A DNA stretch of 64,000 nucleotides from Auanema rhodensis. Its lineage: Eukaryota; Animalia; Nematoda. This document shows, piece after piece, positions 1 through 13,419 of this stretch. The notes beneath the pieces are model-generated. The model did not search any database and was not told the DNA's origin. It saw only the letters and a list, made by a program, of their open reading frames with translations. Within the stretch, counting starts at the first letter, position 1; every line of letters starts with the position of its first letter. The stretch covers positions 13,020,001 through 13,084,000 of the forward strand of contig OZ059897.1 in the NCBI GenBank assembly GCA_964057225.1. Direction: 5' to 3'. The position numbers were made by a program, and so were the translations under genes.

Positions 1-1023
1 TTCAGAGAATGCGAGAAAATATGACATTTTTTACTTGATCTCATCGTTTGGTTTTTGAGCATAAATTCGAGATGATATAGCTATATCGTCTTGTTGGGAT
101 TACCGTTCGTTTTTTTTTGATTTGAGGCTCTTTAAACATAACCAAGATTTAATATTGAGCTTAGAGTACCTATAGGATTGCTTAGCTCTTAGGCTCAAAA
201 ATATCCTGGGTCACGTGAATCTATACACGTGAAAGCTTTGAAACAAGCCGACAGTCTGTTTGCTCTTATATTTTATAGGACAATTTGTGTGAAATTGACA
301 TTTACCTAAATGAGAGATAATACAGATGTAGAGAGCACAGACTATTAAGTGATACATTATTAGATTTAATAGAGGGAGAAAAGAAAAAATAGAAAAGAGG
401 ATGTAAGTATTGGGAGGAATGGATAAGATTCTATGGGTTAAGGCCCAGTTGACCCAGGCTCCAGAAATTCCGAGGTCAGCAGCAGTCATCGGACCAAAAA
501 GATGAGAAGAAATGAAGAAATTGATTTCTTTTTCTGATTATTATCTATCAATCTCATTTATTTCTAAATATCGTCAACCTTCACTTTTGGACTGTTTGTT
601 AGCCTCAATGTCATATTGAACATCGTTCATATCACATTTCCTCCAATTAATAACTTTCGATCTTAGTCACTTCAATCAGCAGTTAGTTAATCATTTTTGT
701 TTTGAAACAATGACTGAAGCTTTTCCTTGAAGCTTAATCAGCTCATGTAGTTGGTTCTTTCTTTTGAATTATGAAAGTTGATTTCAACTACCGTATACTT
801 CGGGGGCTCACCTGTTGTCATAGAAGCATATGAAGCTGTTAGATACAGTAATAGATTAAGCGTAAAATCAAGAATTATGAATTTTAGTTATAAATATTAA
901 AAATGTATAAAAGCTTTGAAAATTGTATTATTGAGCAATAATTTATAATCAATTTCCCATACACTTTAGGTATCTACGTGTTTGTATGTAGGATTACAAT
1001 AAGATTTGTTGAACACAACTACT

Positions 1024-1030
<7 letters not shown>

Positions 1031-1062
<32 letters not shown>
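1031..1062. repeat. (CT)n microsatellite
   Basis: Perfect TC dinucleotide run. Confidence 0.95.
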
Positions 1063-1067
<5 letters not shown>

Positions 1068-3309
1068 AGTTCCTTCTTATTTGATTTAATTCATTTGAAA
1101 ACGCTTCTGATTTGTTTTGTAGTAAATCGTGATAAACAGGCATCCGAAATAGGTGATTTACTTTTGAAAGGCCTGGTGATAGATAGCATTGAACGGACAC
1201 GTATGCATGTAATGGATGATGTGTATTCGAGGGACTTCTTCTAAACATTATCATTATCAGATGTCAGAGAGTATTATACTTCATCCTATAACTATGTTAA
1301 TTTAGTTAAATTATGTTTCTTTTCATTAGTCCATCTAATCTATTATTCTCAAACCAAGATGATTGTATAAAACTTTCTATTATATTTATCTTTATCTAAC
1401 CATCAAAGTTTGATTGGGATTTTTGAGAAAATAGAAATATGAATTGAAACAGTTGCCGACGTGATTGCGGAGACTGTAATTGCGATCAGGTCGATAGATT
1501 AAACAATCTTTATATATTCGAGGAATATATCATTCATATATGGTAAGAGAAATTCTATTTTTTTTTATTCTTCTAACTCCTCCTCCTTTTTCTTTCCTCT
1601 CAACACATCTATTCATTATTCTTCTGCCATCGTCATACTTAATTCTATCTCATCATGTCATATTATGTTTGACCTTTTAAGGCTCAACCATGACTCTCAC
1701 AACTCTACTCACTCTTTCTATTTTAGTGCCTCATGGTCCTATCTTTTTATTCATTTAGAGCTTTCTTTTTGTATGTTATACAAAAAAAACTGCCTCTCAT
1801 ATCTCTCTTATTCTTTTCCAACCATCCAATTTTTTGGCCTTATTTGATTATAATAACTATGTATAATTAATCGTTTTGTGTTTTGAACACGAGAACCTAT
1901 ATGAAACGGGGAGAGACCTATAGAATTAAAGATTATACCATTTGACCCCCTTCGGATGAACATGTGTCTTCTGTTGTTGTAAGCAACCACAAAATGACAA
2001 ATCTCGCATCATTATCGGCTTCGCCTGACCTGAAATTTGACCTCTGGAGGTGTCGAGCGGCAATCTGAGAGCAGGTTGATAATCAGATTTAATTCTTAAG
2101 TCCTCTGAAATCTGTCCCAATATGAAACTGCATTTTATTACCAATAAACTCCTCCCCTCCAGTCTCAGTACTAAGCTTACCCTACCCCTCCCCCCACCTT
2201 TCGTCATCTCTTCCCCATGGGAAGCCACTTACCTTTGCCCTTCTCACCTAAAGATGAGATCACCACGTACCTTTTCACACCAGCTATTGTATTGAGATAT
2301 ACCTAAATTAATTTGGATATAACATTCAAACAATAATAAAATATTCTTTATTACATAATCTAAAACTAATCTATTCAACTGAAGAATTCCAAGATTCGTT
2401 TCTTATCTACTTCGACGATGAAGTATCTTTCGAATATTCAACTAATTCCAAGATTGTATTGTATATCAAACAAAAGTTTTGTTTGTAATTTCGTAAGCTT
2501 CTTCTTGATTAGATAAGTCTAGACATCCCGTTTTAACAAAACAACTTCTTAAAGTAGATGAAGCCTATTATAAGTTGGTTCTATACTCGTTTGATTCTTC
2601 CAATTTTCTTTTCTTACAGCTATCTCTCACCACCACTATCCCTACTCTTCTTAACCATATACTTTATTTGGTAAGACCATCAAGCAGCAAATTATTTGTC
2701 TAACTAGTATTATGGTTTAATTGACTTCGCACATTCCTTTTTCATATAATTTTGCTGCTTTTGTTCAATTCTATCTGTCTTTCTCTCTTTATTTCTTCTA
2801 GAATTTGCTTAATTCTAATCAAAAAGTCAGATTACATCTCATCAGTTTGTTTGTAAGCTATGGAGTCAGGCTACCGATGCTCAACTCTATTCATTTTCGT
2901 GTTCTTCTTTGAATTTTTTATCATTTCTACCTCTCTGAATTGTGTATGTGTATGAGTGTGTGTGTATGTGTGCCAATCATTCTGTTTAATATGACATGAT
3001 CATTTAGTTGAAAAAAACATTTTTTTTTTCATCTAAAAAGCTTTTAATAGAACAAGTGAATGAAATTTTGAGAGAGATAGAGAGAAATATAAAGACAAAA
3101 AATAGATTTTATGTGTTAGTGTGTGTATATGAGAGGGATAGAGAGAAAGAGAATTTTTTTAGGATCACATTAGATAAGAAGTAATTGAAGAATATTTATA
3201 ACAAGAAATATATGCATATCTATATACTCTATTTGGTTAAGATAAATAAATATTTAATTGTCAAAAATGGCATTGTTTGAGTTCATTTGGTCTAATAAAA
3301 CTCATACAA

Positions 3310-3380
3310 TACGTGATATGTGATTGCGAGCCACGTGAATGCGCAATGACGCAACCTCCTAGCGGGTTTTCACGTGTGAG
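3310..3380. promoter_or_regulatory. Cluster of E-boxes and bZIP-type sites upstream of the zinc-finger gene
   Basis: Two CACGTG, plus TACGTG, TGCGCAA and TGACGCAA, within about 70 nt of an otherwise very AT-rich region. Confidence 0.35.
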
Positions 3381-5861
3381 ATATATGACCACATCAAGCT
3401 CTTATTTCCATTTTTTTCGGACATGATAATCGGTTGTTTGCTTTTTTTCTCCAAATTGTCTTACTTACCTGTGTTTTTTCTTTCTTTTTTTTTCTTTTTC
3501 CCAGTAATATCGTACCCAAAAAAATAATATGTTAGAATTTGAATAAAAGAACAGAGAGAAAGAACATATTTTAAAACTAAACATAATATTTAGAAAAATA
3601 AATATTTCATAAGAAAATGATAGTATACACAATCATCAATTGATTTTCCTGTTTTTCTTTGATGAATGAGACATTACGAGAATAAGTTTTGATTGTAATA
3701 AGATGTGAATTTTTTTTTAAAGCTGTTAGATTTGTTTTTGCTCTTGAAAGAACTGATCATCACACAACTTTTCAATGAGTGAAAATTGGAGAAATAGAAA
3801 TGATAATGATTGAGAATAGATAAAGGATACTGATTTCAAAAAAAATTGACACGAAAGAGATATGCAACTAAGAGATAATAGAAAGAGAATGAGATATTAA
3901 GAGAGAAAGATAGAGGGATTATGTAGTTGTGAAGAAAATGAGAAGATGGAAAAGAATAGGAAGGATGTGTTCTTAAAATTTGAGTTCTTCCTGAACTAAT
4001 CATGTTGAAAAGATTGACTAACACACATAACAAAGCAACACAGTTAAGATTACTATTCAATTAACTCCATTTAATAATTTTGTTTTTCGACTTTGATATT
4101 TGAACTAACATGAGCTGATGCAGCTCGTGAATATGATCCTCATTTCATTTCCAATTATCTTATCTATGTCTCTATTTAATATATGATATTCTGACATTAA
4201 TTAGATGAATTCTGCATATTTAGCCTTTTTGTATCTACAAATCACCTATCTTACCTGCTTAGCCCCTTTCTAGTTTAGTCGGCAAATCGCTTTTGATGTT
4301 TAATGACATTTTGTGTCATCTGTTATCAGATCAAAATTAGATTATGTGATCTTACATTTGCCATCAGCTAATTACTGGATGTCAATTTGACAGCAAATAA
4401 CCATATATAGTATAGATAGTATAATACAATCCTTTATAATCCTCAGTTTCATTCATTTCACTTCATTGCACTACCTCAACTCGCTCTTCCATACTCCCTG
4501 CTCTCTTCCTGATTTCCCGTCTTCTGACTTCGGGTTAACATGCAATCATTTGAATTTATCAACCAAAATCTTCATATTTTACTTAATTACTTTACTTAAT
4601 TCTCACTATTTCAATCTAGTTCATTCAGCTATCCTCTTAATTCTGCATATGGCACATCAACTGAGCTGGCGTCAGTTGTCTACTTTTACAGTTTTGCTCA
4701 GAATTTTCTCATTTTACTCTCTGACAGTACAATAGATCTCAGTTAAAGTTGATACCTTGCCAGACAATCTAAGAGCATATGCTTTATCCCATTCGAGTTT
4801 ACAAAAAGTTGGAGCTGAAGACTATTCTATTTACTTTTTATATTTTCATCTGCTCTTCATCATAAGTCTTCTTTCAAACTATATATCATTATTCTTCAAA
4901 GCAGAAATATTATTTGAATATCACATTTATAATTTTTAAATGAAAACAATTGAAAGAAAAAAAATGTCTATATTCTTTCTAAAATGCCGAAATATGTTGT
5001 TGATTATCTTCATCTTTGTAAATCCTGCATATCTCTTCCACTTTTTCTCTCTCTCCCCTCTCTCTATATTCGGTCAGCTTATCAGTCAGTTTTGCGTTTC
5101 TTTTTCAATCCATTTTCATAAATTGATATAGCATGTTTTTTCTTTTTTTTTATAAATTTATTCCAAATATCTTAATTGATTTTTTTATTTATTTTTCAAT
5201 AAATTACTTGTTTACATACTAGAATGAACTTAATCAAATATAAGAAATCAAAGAACCGTCAATAACCTAGGATTCTATCTATCTCTGACCTCTAATCTTC
5301 CAATCCCCTTTTTACATTGCTATGTCGTCTTATCTCGTCATTAATAATTTCTACAAATTTTCGTCTTATAATTTTATTTTCTTAAACTTCAATCATCGCA
5401 TTTTGCTTAGTTTACCTTTAAATATTTCAGGAAGAACTCTCTGTACTAAGTATAGCTTGACGTCTTTGTCATAGTCCAATACGAAAACAACAAGAACGTT
5501 CGTGGACAGAAACACATTCTTAGGTGGTTAGTTAAAGCTTTTCATTTCTAAATATCTCCTTTCATAACCTCTAGTATCTCTTTATCTCTCTTCCTTCCAA
5601 TTTTCTTCCAATTTCCAATCATTTTGAACTCGATTTTCAAAACCTTTAAACATCAGGTTTTCTGCGAAAAATTATCTATCTTATTTTCTTGTTTGCGAAA
5701 GTTAGTTGACACACAAAGTGACTTTAGCTGTCCCAACAAACCCTTGTTGTGACCTAGCTCTCTTACTCTCCAAGTAGAGTTAGTTCTACAATCACATTCG
5801 TTAAAGATCATCTCTTCCGATTACAATCTATTAACTTAATCCTAAATATTCCAGGTTGAAT

Positions 5862-6578
5862 ATGCTATCGCACGGTTTATCAGAAATGCCGTTGCGTGGA
5901 GAAATGCCCCAGGGAATGGATTTGAATCAGCTCATGATGGCCATTGACCCCGTAAGTTTCATTATTGTTTCAAAAAAATCTTAAAAAAAACAAACAGTTG
6001 TGATTGTAAAATAATTCATGATATTGATTTTTGATTTTTTTTAATCTTAAAAGTGAATACAAATCTTTTTTTTTTTTCAAAAAATTACAATTTTTGATTT
6101 TTGGTAGCTCAATGATCATGAAATTTCATCTAACAGTACAGGGTTTACCTTGATATATTTGGAAAGCTTCATTATTATTTAGCTGTTATGAACAATCAAG
6201 ATTAAGAGATTTATTGAAATAAAAAAAGAAAAAGCCGATCTCTTCAATCATATTTTTGATCATTTCACATCTCTAATTCTCTTTTATTCATGTTATCTTT
6301 CTCATATATAAGTTAAGTAATATAGCCTTATATGTTCATATTACCTTATATGGGATAAATAGCCAACAGCAAAATGTATTTGTTAAATGGGGCACAGTAC
6401 CCAGGGTGCTATAGTGGGAGGAGTTAATTATATCTCTTTCTGTTTTTTTTTCTCTCAGTTTTTATATTCTATCTTAGATTTGTTTCTCATTTGGTTTTCA
6501 TTTGGCAGTGATTGCAACCTAATAACTATTTGTTTTGTTTGTTCAAAGATATATATAAATATATATAATATATATGTA

Positions 6579-6617
<39 letters not shown>

Positions 6618-9600
6618 ACAGAGAGAAAGGGAAAGAAAACATAGAAAGAGTTTACTTTCTTATAATTAGTTGTAATTGCTAGTTTTCTTATAATTTTTCA
6701 AGTTTTCTTCACAAATTTTATATTTTACATTTGAGATCTTTCGAATTATTGTAGGTTGTACCTTTACCTAGCACTATAATCTTTTAATACTAATCAATCA
6801 ATCATTTCAAATATTTTTTAAAATTTTCCCTCATTTACTATTTGAATACTTTCATATTGATACTATTTTTCTTTACCTATTTCTTTAGTATTCCATTATT
6901 TTCTTTAAAAAAATTTTATTTCAAATACTGTCATGAACTATATATCTGTGACAAAGTTTTGATAATTGATTGTGAAAAAAAAATTTAAGGCTAACAAGCA
7001 TATCCTACAGGGACTTCACATGTCACAGATGGCTACAATGTCTAATGGTTCCCCCTCCCCTTCAAGCTTACCATCATCTGGCTCAGCCTCTACAACGGGA
7101 CCTAGCAATTCAGAGGTATAATATGTTTTCTTGGAAAATTTCATGATCATTGATTTAATTGAGCATTTTAAAATTAAAAAAAAATCAATTTTTCATAGTT
7201 TGTAATTAAAGTTTTGAAATTATCTTCAATGATTGATTATTTTAGAATCAAAATAACGAAGAGTCTGCTGGTAGCCCAGTTCAGGATTTGGGAAGTTTAA
7301 GCAGTTTGTTCAGCATGTTGCCACAATTGAATCAAAATGGGTAAGATCATTTGATTTTTTAACCAAAAATTGTTTAATTATAAAATTTTAACTTATTTTT
7401 TTTTTAGTTTACCTGGAAATATGTCAAACCTTTTGGAACAAATGCAACAAGGCTTACTTCTCAATCCTTTAGCCGCATTCCAGGGCCAACAAGGCTTATT
7501 AAGTCAGTTGAATGGCAGTCCAAACAAAGTATGTCGTTTTGGTTTTTTTTATTTTTTCTGTAATTTCTCTAATTCTCATCAAATTAAATACTATCTGAAT
7601 ATTTCTCATGTTTATCCCTGATCATCTATGTGTGTCCTTTCATCGTATTTGGACATTCACAGTCTATCTTTGACCTAGCAAAGCTGGAAGTCAGAACTCA
7701 GCCCCAATGGGGCCGCGCACTCACCTATTCGTTCTTTTCGTCCTTCAAAACTTATTATTAACCCATTGGGATTTTGTTTTTTGATTGAATAATGAGTATT
7801 TTACCTATTTAGAACATTTTCCCAGCTTTTGAGATATTTCTTGTAATCTTTATTTCTAAAGAAATAAAAAATAATATGGAAACAATTTTCGGTTATATTT
7901 CTAATCTTGTGAAATGTGAAAAATTGTAGCTTTGAAGACCCATATTGTTCACTCATTAAAAGAAATCTTGAGTATATATAAGATAATGATCTTGATAATC
8001 CTGTTAAGCAGCTTGAGCCACATTTTACTTTTTCGAAATCTATCTCTTCTTAGCAGCTTGTCCTTCTCTTGCAAATAGATTTTGCTCATTTTCTTTTTCG
8101 AGAATAGTTCTCAAAGAAATGTGCATGTGTGTAGTTTGTTTAGATGAACTATCATAACTTATTTCTTTTGTCAATTTTATTTTAATTCGAATCTTTCTCA
8201 AAAATTCATTAACATTTCCTTTTTATTAATTCAAACAACTAGTCTTTATTATTTTATTTTCAGAACAAACAACAAAAGAAAGTTTTGGAAGAGCAATCAC
8301 CTTTAAAGATGGCCAGCAGTCCTCAAAATGGAGGTCTGAATTTTGGTATGTCTTATATATTCTTACTATATTTTCTAATCAAGTCTTTTTTCAATTTTAC
8401 ATGAAAATATTCAAATATCTTCCTAATTGTTTATTTATTTGCAGGATTTCCTTTCTCTCTTGCTCCATCAACTTCTACTGCTTCCTCGCAGCCATCTGTC
8501 ATCGTGAATAGTAACTCAATGACGTCATCGGAACGGGACGATCTGACACCTCCAGCACAGAAGCGCATGAAGACTGATGACGATGAGAATTCTGCAGCTG
8601 CCAAGTGAGTTGACCTCATCTTATTCATCTTTTTTTTCTTCAATTTAATACATGTATCTCGTCATAATCTCGAATTTGGCGTTAATCCCAGCTCAAGTGA
8701 CTCATGGGTGGGGATCTATGAGGGATAGTCGAATATATGGGCATAGGGGGATATTTTAAAATATCTTGAAATCACATACAGTTTTGAAATCAAATCTTAT
8801 AAAGATCTTTGTTCTCCCTTCTATTACATATATGCTGTATATCAAAACGGATTTCTAGGGATTCATGTCCATCATCACCTCCATCGTCTTCAACAGCAAC
8901 AGCTTTATCAAGTGGTTACATGAAATGTAATGAATGTGACAAAGAATTTGAAAACCAAGATTATTTGGATAGTCACAAGCTTATTCATCATAATGCTATG
9001 GCACAAAGGTCCGTATAAGTGTGATATGTGTTGTTCGTATGTGGTGGTAGTAGTACAGTAGCTTATTTATATATAATTAATTATTGTTATAATTAATTAT
9101 ATAGGTAGATGGGTGTTGTCTTTTTAAAGGGGTGCGCATAGTCTTGAGGTTTTGATAGCTTCAAAACCTTAATGACTAAAAAACATTAAATGTTACAGTT
9201 TCTGAATAGATGTTTAATAGATGTTAATTTCCAGATTATTAGCCAATATGGGAATTCCAGCTGGCTTCCCTGGCCTCAATTTCCTCGTGCCAGGTTTACA
9301 ACCACAATTCAATATAGGAGATTTTGATCCAGCTGCAGCTTTAGCCCAGCTAAACAATACGGTATGTTTATATTAAAATCATAGAATCCCCCCCACCCTA
9401 TATCCTTAAACTTGTTCTTGTTTCTATTTACAGCCTAAGCAGACGCCCTCGGTCAAGCGTCAATATTCTTCAAACGGGAAAAATTACTGTGATCTCTGTA
9501 ATAAGGAGGTAAATAGTTTTTTCAGAATTTTTTTAAAGAATTTGTTCTTTTCTTATTAATATTTTTGCTTATTTTAGGTTTGTAACAAATACTTCCTTCG

Positions 9601-10972
9601 CACACATATGTTGAAAATGCATGGAATCGTTATTGATGAGAACAAGACTGTTATTGCCAATATTGATACCGTTGAAAAGGAAAGAATGGGTACTTTATCA
9701 TTCAGGTAATTATATTATTTCATTTTATTATATAATTTATTGTTTTTAGATGTGATATCTGTCATACAGAACTAAAATCTCGTAGTCTTCTTCGTGCACA
9801 CAAGCAAGATCTTCATGGTGTTATGCCATTAGCTAATAGTGCCAGTCGAAAATCTCTCCCATCTACTCCCACATTAGGTGGATCTGGAGGAGCTGTCTCC
9901 ACACCTTCATCTGATGAGACAAAGTGTCCAATGTGCCAAAGAAGAGTTCCTAGCAGTCATCTTGCTGAGCACTTCCAAAATGATCATGCCGGAGATTTGC
10001 CGGGTTTAATTGCTGGAACTGGAACCTCTTCTGCTCCAACTTCTACATCCAGTACCTTGACAACGTCTAGCTCTACTCCTTTCTCAGTTGCTCCTTCATC
10101 ACCCTCTCACGAATGCAAATTCTGTCCTTCTATGTTCAAGGATGAGCTCGAAGCTCAAATGCATTTGATTCAAACCCACCCCGCTGAATTCATGCAACAA
10201 CAAATGCAAAAAGATTCTGGAGATCGTGCTGATTCTGTCGGTGGATCAACCGATGGTATCTTGAATTGCAAGCAATGTCAATATACAACTAAGGATCAAA
10301 GGAATTTGGAAATGCACCAAGAACGTCATGAGCGTATGAATGATGCCAAGCAACAACCAGATGATGATGAGGATGAGGCTCTCCAGATGACCACAGAAGT
10401 AGCTCTTCAAATGGCAGCAGCCAATAAGGTAGTACTTTATTCAAGAAATTAAAAACTTAATTTATTCTTTCAGATCCTCCAACTTCAGATGGATTCCGAA
10501 CGATTCAAGTGTGCCTTATGCGATGTTGGATATGCAGATGAAGCTAGTCTTGAAGCTCACGCTACAGTAGCTCACAATGGATTGAATCTCTCTGTTCCCA
10601 AGAAGGATTCTGATGTTGAGAAAACCCATGAAAGAAACAGTCATACTGTAAGATCATTCATGAATTTTGTTGATTATTTATCTAATTTTGTTTTAGAGCG
10701 GATCTATTTCACCATCCACCGAATCGTTACCTGAAGGTTTTGGCAAGGTTGCTGGAGGTGACAAATCACATCCATATCTTCTCCAGTCTTTCATTCTTAA
10801 AACTAACGATTGCCAAGTAAGATTACTTGTTTAGGAATTCCTAATATTCAAATATTTATAGGGAAATCTTTTGGGAGAAATTGTTGCTCATCTGCCTGTC
10901 AAATCGCTGATCTCCCAGCCGACTCAGGTCACATTCCAATTGGTGCCTCAGCCATCGGCCAATGTCTTCTGA
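5862..10972 (+). CDS. die-1: C2H2 zinc-finger transcription factor, DIE-1-like (14 coding exons)
   Basis: Exons splice in frame from ATG 5862 (MLSHGLSEMP...) to TGA 10970-72. Several C2H2 fingers: CNEC..HKLIHH, CDLCNKEVCNKYFLRTHMLKMHG, CDIC..HKQDLH, CPMC, CKFC, CKQC, CALC. S/T- and Q-rich linkers; C-terminal block PYLLQSFIL...HLPVKS...VTFQLVP. The core finger region matches my recollection of DIE-1, and a miR-273-type site in the 3'UTR is consistent with that identity. Confidence 0.8.
6583..6615. repeat. (GA)n microsatellite in an intron
   Basis: Perfect GA dinucleotide run. Confidence 0.95.
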
Positions 10973-12683
10973 AGACTCCCCTCCCCCCTGTTTGAAGATG
11001 CCGACGATAACGACCACGAGTCATAACTTGCATTCCATTTGGATTGGAACTCTTGTCGTCGTCAACGCTTCAGCAGTATCATTTCTATTATTTTATTTCA
11101 TTCACGTATATTCAAACCTCAAATATCATCAGAAAATGACTTCAACAAACTGTTCCTGTTATTGGAAAAGGGAGTAGCCAATATTTCTACGAGTTTTAGT
11201 CATCTAATTGAACGAAACCTTTATAATACTTTGCCAAAACCTGCTATATCTTTAGTACAACCGATTTTGCATACAAGTTAATATATGTATTTGGATATCA
11301 GTATATCCCTTTAGCTTGTTCAAACATTTTCTGATGTTATATAATTTATATATATATACTTAATATATATAATACATAGCTCTATATACTATTTTATTAT
11401 TATATCAATTCACTCACCACATTTTTTTGTGTGAAAGCTAGTTAACCAAAAACATTTTTCATGCTTACGACGACCTCGATGACGATCTTCCGTGTTTCTA
11501 GATTATATATATATATATGTAATATATTTTTATATTTATGTATATGTATATAATCTACCGTGTTGTGCTCTGTATTGTTCTTTCTTTCATCGTTTAGATG
11601 CTCCACAGCAATCTCTCAATTTACTATCTCTTTCTTATTTTCTCTGCAACTTTTTGTTCTTAAAATGTAATAATTGGTGCTAGCCAGCTAGTCCCAAAAT
11701 CTTTGTCTTCACTCTGTACCACTTTTTTCCATTTTCATATTATCTGCCCTGTTCTCGTAGACGAGGATGAGTTATTAATATTATATTTGTATAATATATA
11801 TTATAATTATAATTTTATTGTGTATTTACAACTCATCTTTTGGTTTAACACAGAATTGCCCCAAAAAGCCACACAGACACCCTGTTTTAGGCCGAAAAAC
11901 AAGGAAACTACAAATATTATTCAAGGCAAAATGACAGCCATTGTTTTGTCGATTAGAGCGTTTCTAATTCAATTCTCTTATCTTCCGTCATGAAAGCTCT
12001 TCTTGTTTTTCGGTGTCACCCTTGTCAAACATTGATCCCTCCATCCATCTTTCTATTCAGCTTTTCATTGTTCCTTCATTTGTCTAATAATTTACCAAAT
12101 ACATGTACGGGCTTCTTACATCCAGTTGTACCACGTTTTCCTTCTATTTCATCCCAATAATTTGCTCTTTCATACGTTATTCAACTAGCTCGAGTTTGTA
12201 GGTTGATCCATGAACTCGTACTAGTTGTTATATTGCATTATATATTACATATATCCACATACAGTTATTGTACTTTTATTATGTTTCTTTTGTCGTGCTA
12301 ACAAACAAATACATTTCCTCTATCAATTTTGTGTTTCTTATTATGGGAATCTTGCAAGAAATTAGAATAACGCACTCAAATGTCAGAAAATATTAACAAA
12401 ACTATGTTATAGTATATATAATACAATCACAATATATTATATAAGACATTTTACAAAGATTTTCTACAGCTCTACAGTGAAGTTAAGAATGAAATCCTTG
12501 ACTATCACGTGAATTACGTCAAATTTGGAAAATATATTCAAATTTGCGTATCACTAGAAATAGGTCTAATCAGAATATTGAAGTTCCAGACACGTAAATT
12601 TTTTGAACATGATGCATCCCACTCGCGTTATCTTAAGATCTGATGTATTGTCACAGAAAAAGCTTTTCGTGATTCGAAATACA

Positions 12684-13419
12684 ATGTCTGAACAGGTTGT
12701 AACTAAGGTACGTAGCAGGTTTCAAATAAAAATAAAAATAATGTAGATCACAAGTAATGCTACAAAACCATTTCAATTTGATCATTATGCAGTAGTGATT
12801 GATGGGATGAAATACGAAGAAATCAAAATGACAGTAGATAAGGAAGCCCTTGAAGCAGCTTCTGTAAGCAAGCAGAATTTTTCATGTTCAATAACGCACC
12901 TATAGAAGACAAAAACTTTTCTCTACTTCTATGTGCGACCAATATCTCAAAATGCTTCTGACCTTTGCTATTGGATACAAGCGAACACACACCCGTTGCA
13001 TCAACTAGCTTTTAAACTTGAAATTATACTATCAAGTTGTGAGTTCTCCGCGGGCCGAGTGTGTTTTTTTATGCTATCCGTACAAAATATTTTCTTACAG
13101 ATAATACTGGACTTACCCGGTTCAGCTTCTGATACTGAGTTCATTGGTAAAATTTTAAAATCTACAGATAGAAGTGTCATCGATCAATTACTAGTAAAAG
13201 GTACGTTTTCTTAAATACAACTTGTTAGTTACAAATTGAACAGAAACAAAGGTAGCTAGCAGTTACAATGACAACGACTATATCCCACAGAACAATTCTA
13301 GTCAGATCAATAAAGAAGAGTCTTTTTTTTTATATATTACTCAAATTTATGTTGAATATTCCAGATCAGGCCTATTGAATACCCTATTGAAACGACGCAG
13401 TGTTTCCAACAAAAAGTAA
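12684..13419 (+). CDS. Small protein of unknown function (about 123 aa, 5 exons)
   Basis: Exons 12684-12707, 12747-12863, 13101-13200, 13244-13319 and 13365-13419 join in frame through GT-AG introns: MSEQVVTKITSNATKPFQFDHYAVVIDGMKYEEIKMTVDKEALEAASIILDLPGS...SGLLNTLLKRRSVSNKK*. Basic C-terminus; no family recognised. Confidence 0.7.
12932..13070 (+). ncRNA. Candidate structured intronic ncRNA (two hairpins followed by an oligo-T run)
   Basis: Pairings CCAATA/TATTGG, ACACAC/GTGTGT, CCCGT/GCGGG and AACTTGA/TCAAGTT, ending in a T7 run. TATA-like TATAGAA lies about 30 nt upstream. It sits in the only long (237 nt) intron of its host gene. Confidence 0.35.
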
